Shown: in pieces, positions 42,601 through 49,448 of the stretch
Numbering within the stretch: the first letter of the stretch is position 1
How the letters are laid out: each line of letters opens with the position of its first letter
Origin: a virus
Taxonomy: Duplodnaviria; Caudoviricetes
Virus record (IMG/VR): IMGVR_UViG_3300032093_000005
Length of the DNA: 64,000 nt
Reading direction: 5' to 3' (one strand)
Position numbers and translations under genes: made by a program
Notes under the pieces: model-generated
The model's database searches: none
Seen by the model: the letters and a program-made list of their open reading frames with translations, nothing else
What the model was told of the DNA's origin: nothing

Positions 42601-43025
42601 AATACCAGTTCTTCAGATTGGAGATCATGATGATAATTTGTAATTCCAGAAAAACCACGAACACAACCGGTGAAGGTATTTGTAGTTAATCCAGTATATG
42701 TAATAATTTCATCATCAATTTTTAAAAGACCATAATTTTGAGGAAATCCTTTGGTTGTTGAAACTTCAATAGTAGTTGTGGACGAAGAAATATCAGTAGA
42801 AAGAGTTGTAAATCCAACTATTACTTCCGGAGTTAAGTTATCAAGTTTTAAATATTGATCTAGATTTTCAGCAATGTCAACTGTTGCTCCTTGATTTTCT
42901 AGAGAAATATAATATTGCTTCAGAAAGTCTACAACTTTTGGACTCTCATCTAAAATAAATTCAGGAAGTTGACTATCAATTATTTGTTGTACTTTTATCC
43001 TAGAGTCAAAACCTGTTTGTATCAT
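30654..43025 (-). CDS. gp7: baseplate wedge initiator (gp7-like), 4123 aa
   Basis: FIKEARTLYESKGTEESFKILF, HSPIIGWAYDGNPIYGPYG, many V.V.N.GSGY repeats; between gp6 and gp8. Confidence 0.85.
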   Translation of the reverse strand: MIQTGFDSRIKVQQIIDSQLPEFILDESPKVVDFLKQYYISLENQGATVDIAENLDQYLKLDNLTPEVIVGFTTLSTDISSSTTTIEVSTTKGFPQNYGLLKIDDEIITYTGLTTNTFTGCVRGFSGITNYHHDLQSEELVFSTSNSASHVGLSTVQNLSSLFLKEFYKKIKYSLTPDLENKDFVSDLNVGNFIKEARTLYESKGTEESFKILFNVLFGETPKVIDLEQFLLKPSSSTYVRRAVVIADVISGDPLQLKGQTIFKNNDITTSASVSEVEIIRRKNKTYYKLLLFIGYDDAFPTITGTFNITGNTKNLNYVSEGDSVITVDSTLGFPQSGTIYSGNNKITYIDKSINQFFGCSGVTSGIATASTIYSDETYYGYAEGDKSKKVEIRITGVISNYKPITTNSSISIGEQIKVKNIGTIIKNPQLPIQKTYKEIFANSWIYNTSSRYQIDSFSTPQITLKSNIDKSSLKVGDYIDILTRDSQTIINSNLEITSIFENQITIAEGFSLLPDLKYDIRRKIKNANASNVEFEYNPTTSDVQNVYDENNEHMYVASNSLPSYQISNSLFSYNASGVSGKNSITQLYSTITFSERVSFLTGSEIYYTASDTPISGLSEGLYYVEVVSGTNNQQIKLYLSKSLVGTENYVSFGTLTDGTHNFILDSQKQKVLSPQKILRKFPISNNIGDGKSDLTLPGAVGILVNGVEIFNYKSDKKIYYGPLESVNVLSGGTGYDVINPPLLSLSSGSALVQPVISGSVEKIYVDPQDFDIDVIVSVALTGGNGTDATFEPIVERKRREIAFDAREISNGGGISTTFETITFLSDHNLYDGQPILYRQGGNSPLGIGTYYGSDANTGRTLKNESLYYSKFISNNTIQLYESFEDFKSGINTVGFTTIGTSGIHKFATEPKNTLSEIKIINQGSGYTNRKLRVVPTGISTINHTISFSNHGFKDGELIVYSSTGNLISGLTTTNQYYVLKVDNDTFKLSNAGIGGTVRTNYLRKNYISLGSTGSGYHVFNYPDIYLKVEYSAVGFGSTQITGVIDATPTIRGEIVDVYVYEKGSDYGSTILNYHKKPSISIKNGKDAQLKANIINGSIQDVFVQYGGTEYYSTPDIIVTGTGTGAALRAIVVNNKITDVIVVNPGTGYSTANTTISVIPAGKNVLLDPQVRSITVKKNVLYKDIDDTSLEAVDLVTSSYNNLQYGVFSYSQTLQSEFKRYEGQSQFFDDGTIHSPIIGWAYDGNPIYGPYGYENPKDNSTLKKLVSGYTLNTANILNRPSGFNSGFFVEDYKFTNSGDLDEYNGRYCITPEFPNGVYAYFATSIIDDENNVVGSFPYFIGDRYRSKFIAENKTLNQSFDFNNSNLVRNTFPYKVNDNYADNDFIIESNEIVNQTAVVESVTFGSIDSFDIINSGYNYKIGNTLQFNEENTNGGGLIAQVSEIKGEEISNLQTSITSYNDAIFTWKNGNQVEVKVSPKHNFENLDYVNISGFSTSLSSLNGFQQIGVTSYTSVIIQEIPSYSAAGIVTDVYVSNIPENISIGSSLTIESERLSVLNIFPVQNVLRVVRETTGAAHTATTPIYFNTDTFIVNKSVDYFESKINDLIYFNANQSIGVGTTSGIDVKVINNIGVQTNNLISIPTQSIYLPNHSFKTNQAVTFTKPSSASAISVANTEGSTAFNLPSSGDSQTVYIIKKSVDHIGIVTQIGLTTSTSGLFFINNGSNDYQYSLQSNFTQVKGDIEKIVTQVSVSTSHELISGDIINLSVKPNLSVGIGTSTAVRLKYNQAYNKLLINSLSLTGSNVSGVGSASEFSYTYPTRVVTLDTAVGIAWTSSAISPTATRNAQQIYDYIWDNYTQFDIDGDGVVSYNDGVLITRYLFGLASFPNIATGITFPQNAIRTTHATCYARCGIVSSYFDVDGSGLVQPLGDGLLIARFASAPGDISPGALGFNVAPAVKNYGNVLYIPNHGLETGNKIFLDYFVNNKKEYFVYKIDKDTINICETYLDSISNPPLIVNNFSFTTATFAQINPAIPTIKNNNLVFNLTDSSLSGYKFKIFYDQEFKDEFISIGSTSTFSVSGLGTVGISTNASLTINYSEGLPTQLFYALEKSGYISTADKEVQNYSQINFIDSYYNGSYNISGVGTTTFSISLTKSPEKNYYTQSDCDSLEYTTTSASASGGVSKVRTISAGSNFKKLPVFEGIDSISGTGAYIIPKSDYVGQINEIRILNEGFEYSSDKTLRPEASIPKFLTIENSKTIEEVNVTYGGKNYISAPDIILVNSDTGEKIDSGLILANLSANVITSVNVIIEPKGLPENPVTMKVINNSNGVGISSIQSSSSGIVTCSLLSPSSGFSVEPFAVGDKIYVEGIEKYGTEGDGLNSENYGYQFFTVSSYTASTSSTPAVVRFNLSGLTTNPGIAKTLDNNYGRIINYSDYPSFNFNQVFSNFIIGESLEIKEQSNFIEKDLKISESNNNYIKTSGSYELEKGQIIRGTQSGSIATINEVKESTGQFIIDYSSVQNIGWSDNIGKLDEDTQVISDNDYYQNLSYTVKSNQEWIDIVSPVNGILHPSGLKNFADTQIIQNVGVGTTNVEEYVNSYYNIIDENRVDTINNFDFVQDFDVNQTKNISRFVKLQNKRLSNYFECRTNRVLEIDDISSEFSTSDQALDLDTSAKIVDIISSRKYNKYLVQISSKDYSQSQFNEVIVLNDNSNIITLEKGTISVGSSIETGYISNSIGDVYGYIDDSTGDYYLKFTPREGYNTSYNIKYLNTTFTNYTSGVGTASIGFINLTGTTSTVSSGSTAILLESSAAVIESIHSEIHLIDNVTNEMNYVELFVDHNGTDTNISEFYFDSEDGMSSNFIGSFGASISPSGILSLTCTNTSTNSITIRSKNIGFGTTASGSGIGTYRFKQPAQLEGYENTVKYDSLYTNVSSASTIISYQSTQFNAVKSVLKVSIGQTSALHQVMLISDSNNVYTTQYPFLSIGSTSGIGTFGGEISGSTVSLKFYPDAGFSGTFEILSFNQSFYRENDYVNIAPNLEYSNVLESVGVSKYFAINDDDINTLQFDLKYNGVPIFMKTFDPSNSLVLEPSTGNFNISNHFFSTGEELIYRPNSTFIGVAATSVGIGSTLNYVGVVTNLLPPVVYAIKINNDKFKIATRKEYAAAGIAVTFTSVGLGNAHELEMVKKNEKSIITIDNIIQSPISYSLLNYTVNNGTSIGAATTFFALSGISSILIGDILKIDNEYMKVENVGFGTTYSGPISFAGTFPLVGVKRGFVGSSATSHSNSGIASVYRGSFNISKSAIYFTYPPQGSLEDQLLVDFDELPEAKSYFNGRVFLRKDYTSNVVYDNISENFTGIGQTYKLTVGGGNTIGLGTIGGNGIVLINGIYQTPTTENNINNNFRIFEDTVVGVSSIVFSGITSTNGSLIVSESDINLNQLPRGGVIVSLGSTPGLGYAPLVGASVTSIISGGIITSIGIGTTGNWGSGYTNPVSVAVTDSTGNGSIISANVGAGGTLSFTIVNGGSGYTNPTINVSAPSYSNLTVIGVSRLGIGTTTSCGTGLLVNVDVGACSTTGIGSTLFEVTNFEIVRNGYGFKPGDVVKVVGLVTAYGLSSPISEFKLTVVDTFTDSFSAWQFGELDYIDSIKNLQDGLRVRFPLYYNSQLLSFEKNSKDQDSQLIDFNTLLVIFINGILQQPGVAYQFNGGTSFTFTEPPKVEDNISIYFYRGSSLDSEYITVFETLKPGDDIQILSNNLLSGITTTQNSRVISGIVTSDIIETSPYGFQGIDASNFKPLNWTKQKVDKVIDGELISKSRDSIEPQIYPTAKIIKDLTSTDGTIYVDNSEFFNYESEITPDFNALIISGTPDPVSAAVTAVVSIAGTIQSLSINNAGGGYVGASINVSISSPMRIGVGIGTTANASISIVNGSLSAVTINNPGFGYTTSNPPQVLVPLPDPTYENITNITAVAGKSGNLTGIGTTVGIGTDLALRFTAQNFDSLVPSLSIGDYIFVYDTIVGNGVTSIINSNTDVIGIGTICVDNIYRISAISAGVVTCNIHSQTSIVGIATTGDNVGKFSWGKLSSLTRSLTPISIGISGFTVNSGLTTFPTIQRRNYGLRNTGAIKKDL

Positions 43026-43026
43026 A

Positions 43027-44967
43027 TTATGACCTCGTTAAATCCCCGTTCGAATAGCTTGATCTATAGTAGTCGTTTGTAGAAAAGACGACTCCAGATA
43101 CATCATCACCAGAAGCAATGACATCCTTAACCATATTTATTTTACTTTTAGAAATGCTAAAAGATAAGTATAAATCTTTTAATCCTACAATATCATTTGA
43201 CTCTGGAAATGCTTGAATTTCAATAATATTTTGTTCTAAACTTGTAGATGCAACAGTTAAAGAACTCAATAAAATTTCTCCAGTTTCATAATTAACTGTT
43301 CCTGCAGATTGAACAATTACAGGAGTTTGGAATGTTTTGGTAGAACCTGCTCCGACTAAAACAGGTACATTTTTTACAATTGAAATTGTACCTTCAGTAT
43401 AAGATCCATCAGAATTTTTAATTGGAGTATCTGTAAAATAAACAGTATCTGTTTCATTCAAAATATTAAATCCTGTTGACTTAATATTTTTTCCTGCTGG
43501 ATTAACATGAAATTTATTTCCAAAACAAATTTCATACTGTGTAGGAGTGTTAATATTTACCTTTAAGTCTCTTCTTAGTATAACTTTTGTAATGTTTGAA
43601 GTCACTGCCTTATCTGTATTATCAATAACTTGTAAAACTTTACTATACTTAAATCTACCACCAAAAGCATTTAGATCAGGAGATTGTGCATAAGAATTTA
43701 AAGACTTGATGATATTTGTTTTTAAGTTTTCAACACTGTTTATTTGAGAATAATTATAATAAACTGTTGAATCTATTTCAACATAGAGTATCTTTAAATC
43801 TGTAATTTGAGGATTAATTCCTGCAACTGTATATTGTTTTAATTTATTTTTAATCTGTTGTTTATTAAAATCAGAAACAAAAGTTCCATTCTTTGGTTTG
43901 ATACTAATAATCACTGTTCCATACTGTGGTGGTGATAATTCTTCCCCACCCACAACAGACACTGACTCAGTTTCTGGATATATTATTGATTTTATAATTG
44001 CCTCATAGTCTCTTGGCGTTACCGCTCTATATTGAGAAGAGTATAGTCTAGGAGCAAAATTACGAACCGAATCAATAGACTCTATCTCAGACCCATTTTG
44101 AGACGACTGAACAGTTGCAATTGATACAGCAGGACCATTAATAAGTTCAACTGCATCATTCTCATTTTTAAAAGTCCCTGCAAATGCAAAGGAACTTGCA
44201 CCATTACCATCTTTCCCATCTGTTACAATATAGGTAACCGTGATGATTGCACCATTTTCAAGTTTTTTTCCAAATCTACCATCACCAAATAATAGTTCAT
44301 ACTTTTCATCTTTAACTTCTTGAATTAGGAAAATTTTTGAAGTTGAATCAATATCAAAAATATTATCAACAAGAGTATAAGTTTGCCCAAGTCCAGTATC
44401 ACTTGTTCCTTTTACATAAACACGAATTGTAGATGTATCAATAAAAGAATTATCAAGTATAAATTTTTGATCTAAAGAACCATCGACTGTAAATTTTTTA
44501 GTTAGAAAAATTCCTTGCTTAACTGTAAGATTATTAAATGTTGCTATACCATTTACAACAGATGCTGTTGTATTTTCTGGAATTGAAAAGACATAAGATG
44601 TTCCACTTGCAGATCCAGTGCAGACAAGACCAGATTGTAACGTTAATGTTGATGTAGAACTTGTTGGTTGTGCAGTGAATGAAACTACAGCACTCGCCGC
44701 TGTTCTAGATCTAGGAACATAACCAATATTACGTGCTAATGAAACAACGTTTTCTCTAACTGTTGCAGAATCCAAAAAGGATTCATTCACAACCATGTTA
44801 GAGTTAAATGCGGTGATATATGTATTATACGCTAAAGTATCAATTAAGATAGAAAAATTAGATCCTTCAAAATCAAAGTCAGTAAAATTTGAATTTGCAC
44901 GCAAATAATCTTTGATTGAAGTTCTAATCTGATCAAAATCTAGATTAGTAAATTTAGTAAAAGGCAT
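43027..44967 (-). CDS. gp6: baseplate wedge subunit (gp6)
   Basis: LDFDQIR.SIKDYLR, FTDFDFEGS, ESFLDSAT.RENVVSLAR.IGY, QYRAVT..DYEA. Confidence 0.96.
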   Translation of the reverse strand: MPFTKFTNLDFDQIRTSIKDYLRANSNFTDFDFEGSNFSILIDTLAYNTYITAFNSNMVVNESFLDSATVRENVVSLARNIGYVPRSRTAASAVVSFTAQPTSSTSTLTLQSGLVCTGSASGTSYVFSIPENTTASVVNGIATFNNLTVKQGIFLTKKFTVDGSLDQKFILDNSFIDTSTIRVYVKGTSDTGLGQTYTLVDNIFDIDSTSKIFLIQEVKDEKYELLFGDGRFGKKLENGAIITVTYIVTDGKDGNGASSFAFAGTFKNENDAVELINGPAVSIATVQSSQNGSEIESIDSVRNFAPRLYSSQYRAVTPRDYEAIIKSIIYPETESVSVVGGEELSPPQYGTVIISIKPKNGTFVSDFNKQQIKNKLKQYTVAGINPQITDLKILYVEIDSTVYYNYSQINSVENLKTNIIKSLNSYAQSPDLNAFGGRFKYSKVLQVIDNTDKAVTSNITKVILRRDLKVNINTPTQYEICFGNKFHVNPAGKNIKSTGFNILNETDTVYFTDTPIKNSDGSYTEGTISIVKNVPVLVGAGSTKTFQTPVIVQSAGTVNYETGEILLSSLTVASTSLEQNIIEIQAFPESNDIVGLKDLYLSFSISKSKINMVKDVIASGDDVSGVVFSTNDYYRSSYSNGDLTRS

Positions 44968-44968
44968 T

Positions 44969-45370
44969 TTATCTTGTTGCCTCTAATATAAATGAAAATT
45001 GTTGTGTTGGAATGTCTTGCCCAATAATATTAAAAGTAACTGTAATTTCAAACTCATTTAGATCTGGTTTTGGATCTACTTGAACAATCGTATTATTTAC
45101 CCTAGGTTCATAATTAGAAATCACTTCATAAATTTGATCTTCAATGGCAGATGCAGTTCCATAATCAAAAAAATCAAACAAACTACTTCTTACATTTGAA
45201 CCAAGTGTTGAATTAAAAAATCGTTCAGTTGGAATGGTTTCAACTAAATTGCGAATAGAACGAATGATTGCTCTTTCATTAGTTAAAATTGCCAAATCTT
45301 TTGTCACCGGATGTGGATCAAAAGATAAACTAATATCTTTAAAAGATCTAGATATCCGAGTAACTGCCAT
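44969..45370 (-). CDS. gp25: baseplate wedge / sheath initiator (gp25)
   Basis: FKDISLSF..HP, IRNLVET..TERFFN..LGS, NYEPRV. Confidence 0.95.
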   Translation of the reverse strand: MAVTRISRSFKDISLSFDPHPVTKDLAILTNERAIIRSIRNLVETIPTERFFNSTLGSNVRSSLFDFFDYGTASAIEDQIYEVISNYEPRVNNTIVQVDPKPDLNEFEITVTFNIIGQDIPTQQFSFILEATR

Positions 45371-45394
45371 TGTTAAATAAATTTCTTTACTTAT

Positions 45395-45643
45395 TTATGA
45401 CAATTTCCAGGAAGATCCATACGTTGGTTCTGTCCCATAATCCCAATCGTTATAATCTTCATCATTTCTAATCTTCTCATGCAATTCAAGTTGTTTTTTG
45501 AAGTCATGTCTTGGTGCAACATCATGCATAACTTCTTGAATTACTCGTTTTTGTGGTGTTGAAGTATAATCAGTAATTAATTGAGTGGTTCCCCACATTT
45601 CATACATGTAATTTTTGTCTCTATCGACAGGTAAATTAGACAT
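45395..45643 (-). CDS. hypothetical protein
   Basis: 82 aa ORF with upstream purine-rich RBS-like sequence. Confidence 0.7.
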   Translation of the reverse strand: MSNLPVDRDKNYMYEMWGTTQLITDYTSTPQKRVIQEVMHDVAPRHDFKKQLELHEKIRNDEDYNDWDYGTEPTYGSSWKLS

Positions 45644-45710
45644 TTTAGCTCCTGTTTTAAGTAATAAAACAGAACTTTTATAAAGGAGGTTGCTATCTCC
45701 TTATGTCTAT

Positions 45711-46052
45711 TTAACGTTCAACTTCTCTCAATGAATATGAGTCTGAATCAAGGTATTTTAAAATTTCAAGAGCAATCAATCTAGGATTTCCTTCACCACA
45801 TGTGTAAACATCAACCGCTAGACACCCATTTTCTGGCCAAGTATGACAAGAAACGTGACTTTCTGCCAGTGCAATGACCACTGTACACCCCTGAGGAATA
45901 AAACAATGGGAAAAAGTGTTTAAAATCGTCATCTTTGCACGATTTATACCTTTGATCATGGCATTTTGAAGCGATTCTACATCATTAATCGCTTCAAAAT
46001 CGACATCATACACCTCTAAGAGCAGGTGTTTACCCATTGAGTACTGTTTCAA
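45711..46052 (-). CDS. speD: S-adenosylmethionine decarboxylase proenzyme
   Basis: MGKHLLLE, F.PQG.T.V..LAE|SH.S.HTWPE autocleavage motif, DVYTCG. Confidence 0.95.
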   Translation of the reverse strand: MKQYSMGKHLLLEVYDVDFEAINDVESLQNAMIKGINRAKMTILNTFSHCFIPQGCTVVIALAESHVSCHTWPENGCLAVDVYTCGEGNPRLIALEILKYLDSDSYSLREVER

Positions 46053-46074
46053 TTCAATTATTGTAAAAATTTAT

Positions 46075-46674
46075 TTATTTGACCCAAAAACCCTTACGTT
46101 CGTAACTGGAGTCTTCAATAAATCGATATCCTTCACGATTTTCGTCATTTCTACCCTCCCAGACTGGTATTGCAACAGTGTTTCCATATCTAAAATTTGG
46201 ATTTCTACGAAATTGTACCTCTATCAGGTGTCCATCAATGAATTCACAATTTATCCATTCATAATTTTTGTTCAAATTCTTCAAAATATTAGGGAAATCG
46301 ACTTTTCTATCTACTTTTTCCCATTTAGACCACTGATGAATAGAGTCAATTTCTGTTTTTGTGCCCAAAATCACTAAATCTTGTTGTTGGTTGTGATAAT
46401 CAACACTTAAATGTTCTCCTTCAAAGATTTCACACCAAAACTCTGATGGGTGTATGTTATCTGTTTCTTTTTCTATCCATTCTTTACGAGCAAAAAGGCT
46501 CATTCCAAATAAATTAAACGATGGTCGAACAATATAAAAGTCGGGTTTTGGAACTGTGGTTCCCGCTGGACCACAAGTATAACCTAAAACCCGACTTAAA
46601 AAGAGTTTATTGTAAATCCAGAGGTCTGATGGATGTATTTGATTCCATTCATCATCACACTCTAGGTAATACAT
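46075..46674 (-). CDS. ATP-grasp-like protein
   Basis: YIVRP..N..GM, FWCE.F.GEHLSVD, INCEFI...IEV..R.NP resemble ATP-grasp motifs. Confidence 0.5.
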   Translation of the reverse strand: MYYLECDDEWNQIHPSDLWIYNKLFLSRVLGYTCGPAGTTVPKPDFYIVRPSFNLFGMSLFARKEWIEKETDNIHPSEFWCEIFEGEHLSVDYHNQQQDLVILGTKTEIDSIHQWSKWEKVDRKVDFPNILKNLNKNYEWINCEFIDGHLIEVQFRRNPNFRYGNTVAIPVWEGRNDENREGYRFIEDSSYERKGFWVK

Positions 46675-46829
46675 TATCCTTTACCTTGACCCCTATACTT
46701 TTTACGTGCTCCATTGCGAGAAGACGCAGCATATTTAGTTCCACCACCTTGTCCTTGACGAGACTTTTTCGGAGGACCCGCAATATAAGAACTATTCTTA
46801 CTCAATCCACCTTTTGCTTTTGTAGCCAT
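46674..46829 (-). CDS. small basic protein (51 aa, not in ORF track)
   Basis: Hand translation MATKAKGGLSKNSSYIAGPPKKSRQGQGGGTKYAASSRNGARKKYRGQGKG; stop overlaps next start. Confidence 0.75.
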   Translation of the reverse strand: MATKAKGGLSKNSSYIAGPPKKSRQGQGGGTKYAASSRNGARKKYRGQGKG

Positions 46830-46999
46830 ACATTATTCTCCACTAAAATTTCAGTTTCAAGATCTTCAGGTTTTGGAGAACCTGTCTGATAATACTCAAT
46901 TGACAGATCCTCCATTGCATTGAAATATTCTTCTTCTGTAAGACTTGTGTAAATTCTACGTCCCTTACAAAGAATATTATAGCGTTCGTTAGACATCAA
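46802..46999 (-). CDS. hypothetical protein
   Basis: 65 aa ORF coupled by overlap to neighbours. Confidence 0.7.
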   Translation of the reverse strand: MMSNERYNILCKGRRIYTSLTEEEYFNAMEDLSIEYYQTGSPKPEDLETEILVENNVWLQKQKVD

Positions 47000-47751
47000 A
47001 TAATCCTTGTTTTTTCGTGCCCTACGCGAATGCGAGGATCACACCAAATCTCAAATCCTGCTTCCTTTGCATCCAAACAGAATGATACGTCTTCTCCACA
47101 CATATCTTGTACATCACCAGACTCAAAGACTTGCATCTTTGGTGCAAACCATGGATACTTCATCTCAGAATGCTCGAAGACTCCATTTTTAATCAACAAC
47201 CATCCAAATCCAGTGTAGTCAACAGTAAATGGTTTACGACGCTTTGAGATACTCTCAACGGTTTCATGATTCATGACACCGCCATTATTGCGGAAATCAT
47301 CTTCTTCTAACCAGTGAGCAACAGAGGTCGTGTGCCCGTCTTCAGTTGCATACCAACCAGCAGCGATGTCTTTATCCATCAAAACTAATTGCCAGAAATT
47401 GTTTGAATTGAATACAATATCAGAATCAATCCAAAGTTGCCAATCATAATTCAGTTTGCCGTCCCAAGGAATCTGATCAGGTCCACGCAGTACATTCGCT
47501 CCTAAACATTTGCAACGAGCAAAGTTTACCATTGAGGAATAGTCCTGCGAGATCTGGATACTTGCTCCTGATTGTACAAGATCAAAACAGAGTTGTACAA
47601 AGTTCTTTAGATATGTGTAAGAAACTCCTCTGCCAGGAAGACAAAAGACAATAGACTTGCCTTTTACCATCTCTCTTGCTAGGTTATAATCCCATTCTTG
47701 TTGCTGCGAAACAGTTGGTGCTTTTGCTTTTACGGTAAATCCTTTAGCCAT
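46996..47751 (-). CDS. GT-A fold glycosyltransferase-like protein
   Basis: WIDSDIVF (DxD), GFGWLLIK..VF, GEDVSFC, WCDPRIRVGHEK. Confidence 0.8.
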   Translation of the reverse strand: MAKGFTVKAKAPTVSQQQEWDYNLAREMVKGKSIVFCLPGRGVSYTYLKNFVQLCFDLVQSGASIQISQDYSSMVNFARCKCLGANVLRGPDQIPWDGKLNYDWQLWIDSDIVFNSNNFWQLVLMDKDIAAGWYATEDGHTTSVAHWLEEDDFRNNGGVMNHETVESISKRRKPFTVDYTGFGWLLIKNGVFEHSEMKYPWFAPKMQVFESGDVQDMCGEDVSFCLDAKEAGFEIWCDPRIRVGHEKTRII

Positions 47752-47773
47752 AATAGAAAGTAGTTACTTCAGT

Positions 47774-47802
47774 ATCATACAATATTATCTATGCTTTGTC
47801 AA
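47774..47802 (-). promoter_or_regulatory. sigma70-type promoter for the glycosyltransferase operon
   Basis: TTGACA-17 nt-TATGAT on minus strand. Confidence 0.85.
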
Positions 47803-47969
47803 TCTGCCTCTGTCAGAATAACTTCACCGCCTTCGATGGAAAATTTAATCTTTGTGTCCTCATACCATTCTAATTCATTCATAATCTGCTCAGGAATCTG
47901 AATGAAATACTGCCCGCTAATTGGATCGACTTGTACGGACTCAAAAATATCTCCGGAATTTTTTCTCAT
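47799..47969 (-). CDS. AbrB/MazE-like swapped-hairpin DNA-binding protein (56 aa, not in ORF track)
   Basis: Hand translation MRKNSGDIFESVQVDPISGQYFIQIPEQIMNELEWYEDTKIKFSIEGGEVILTEAD; I.IP..I...L.W....I.F...G..I pattern. Confidence 0.7.
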   Translation of the reverse strand: MRKNSGDIFESVQVDPISGQYFIQIPEQIMNELEWYEDTKIKFSIEGGEVILTEAD

Positions 47970-48195
47970 TATTGTGAATATAAAGGTTTATTTTGTTTTT
48001 ATATAGCGGGGAATTTTTTTATTTTGTTTGGGTCTTATATTCGATTTCCTTTGAGTCTTATATTTAACTAGCGAAAGCAAGACTTTATAGCTTATGGGGA
48101 CCCATTGATTTTATATCGCATACCCCCGACCCGCCCATCAGGATCGCTTAACTGTCAAACACGAACGCATAAGGTATTCTCATCAGTCACGATTA

Positions 48196-48224
48196 GGGCG
48201 GCAGAGTATAAAGAACTGCCGCCC
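48196..48224. terminator. GC-rich hairpin at end of early region
   Basis: GGGCGGCAG-11nt-CTGCCGCCC perfect 9-bp stem downstream of last early ORF. Confidence 0.65.
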
Positions 48225-48237
48225 ACGAAAGACTAAC

Positions 48238-48552
48238 TTAGTCGCGCAATCCTAAGTGCTTCGCTACAGTGTACGCCATAAGTGTGACATCCACGCCATA
48301 ATCGAACTCCTCAGATTCTGACGGGAAAAATGTTACATACCATCCGCCGGTTCCTGTTATAGTTGGAACTGTACCCTCTAATTGACACTTAACCGCATAA
48401 TTGTAGGCGATCGTTCTAATGTAAGACGCCATACTTTCGGCGTTAGTGTGACCGTTGCGGTTGATTTGCATCAGAACTTTAACAGTATCCTCCAAACCAG
48501 AGTATTCCCAATTGATGCGAATTTGGTTGGTGAGAGTAGCAGTCATGATCAA
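48238..48552 (-). CDS. hypothetical early protein
   Basis: 104 aa ORF in early gene array. Confidence 0.7.
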   Translation of the reverse strand: MIMTATLTNQIRINWEYSGLEDTVKVLMQINRNGHTNAESMASYIRTIAYNYAVKCQLEGTVPTITGTGGWYVTFFPSESEEFDYGVDVTLMAYTVAKHLGLRD

Positions 48553-48570
48553 AAGTGCAGTGGTGAAAGT

Positions 48571-48600
48571 GTAAAGAATGGGGGCGGATCTTGCCGCCCC
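48571..48600 (-). terminator. intrinsic terminator
   Basis: GGGGCGG/CCGCCCC stem followed by ATTCTTTAC on minus strand. Confidence 0.7.
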
Positions 48601-48610
48601 TAATTATAGT

Positions 48611-48835
48611 TCAATCCTCCCAGATCATACCCCAGAAGGAACCCTTACCGTAGGTCGATTCGCACCATGCTTCTGCACTTTCAGTGAGCAGATCCTCCCA
48701 TTCTGACTGATCACAATCCATCCATTCTGCAGGCACGGTCAATTCTACAGTGGCGACACCGTTAGGAATCCAGTGCCGAGCATCGGTAGGTAGGAAGTAG
48801 GAAATGCAAACCTCAGCGGTGGTGGTGGCGGTCAT
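48611..48835 (-). CDS. hypothetical early protein
   Basis: 74 aa ORF preceded by TAATCT -10 and palindromic box. Confidence 0.75.
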   Translation of the reverse strand: MTATTTAEVCISYFLPTDARHWIPNGVATVELTVPAEWMDCDQSEWEDLLTESAEAWCESTYGKGSFWGMIWED

Positions 48836-48859
48836 GAGTCAGTGGCGTTTGACTCCCAT

Positions 48860-48918
48860 AGATTAACCCCCAGCACTGACCCTGCCTAGGGGGATCAGGA
48901 CAGTCTGCCGATTGGCAC
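48860..48918 (-). promoter_or_regulatory. early promoter with palindromic upstream box
   Basis: -10 TAATCT (48860-48865); box AGGACA-N10-TGGCAC at 48897-48918. Confidence 0.65.
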
Positions 48919-49045
48919 AAGACCCCAGTTTGTATAAAGAATAAGACAGGGATGAATGTAAAGAATAAACCACACCACTGACAATAAATTACATTCAACC
49001 CTGAGTTATTCTTTATACTCAGTGGTAAGTATAAAGAATTAAAAA

Positions 49046-49171
49046 CTACTTTTTCTTCTTTCTAGTATTCGCTGCCTTCTTTGCCCCATTAGTTTTTGCT
49101 TGAGACTTTACATTCTTGAATCTTTTATCAGGACGGGATTTGCCATCCTTGTGAATCCATCTACCAAACAT
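49046..49171 (-). CDS. small basic protein (41 aa)
   Basis: Hand translation MFGRWIHKDGKSRPDKRFKNVKSQAKTNGAKKAANTRKKKK. Confidence 0.6.
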   Translation of the reverse strand: MFGRWIHKDGKSRPDKRFKNVKSQAKTNGAKKAANTRKKKK

Positions 49172-49180
49172 TGTTCTTCC

Positions 49181-49345
49181 TCAGATAAACTTAGCAGGTG
49201 AACCACAAGACTTATAGAATGCAATCATTCTTTCTGCCTCTTCTTTAGTGGTGAAAGATTGTGTTCTCCATTCACAATCATTGTATGGTGATTGATAAGT
49301 AATTGTGAACCCGATTGAATTGATTTGTTGTTGATTGTTGTACAT
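49181..49345 (-). CDS. hypothetical early protein (54 aa)
   Basis: Hand translation MYNNQQQINSIGFTITYQSPYNDCEWRTQSFTTKEEAERMIAFYKSCGSPAKFI. Confidence 0.7.
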   Translation of the reverse strand: MYNNQQQINSIGFTITYQSPYNDCEWRTQSFTTKEEAERMIAFYKSCGSPAKFI

Positions 49346-49370
49346 GAATCTAGATGTGTTAGGTGTGTGT

Positions 49371-49448
49371 ATCTCGTCGAGATGTATGTATGTGTGTCTC
49401 GACGAGATAATGTGTGCGCTCTCGACTAGATTATTCTTTTCGAGATCT
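49371..49448. repeat. cluster 1 of CTCGWCGAG palindromic repeats
   Basis: CTCGTCGAG 49373, CTCGACGAG 49398, CTCGACTAG 49421. Confidence 0.8.

Noticed and set aside
48121-48160. Minus-strand TTGACA at 48153-48158 as a promoter
   Set aside because: No -10-like hexamer at 16-18 nt spacing
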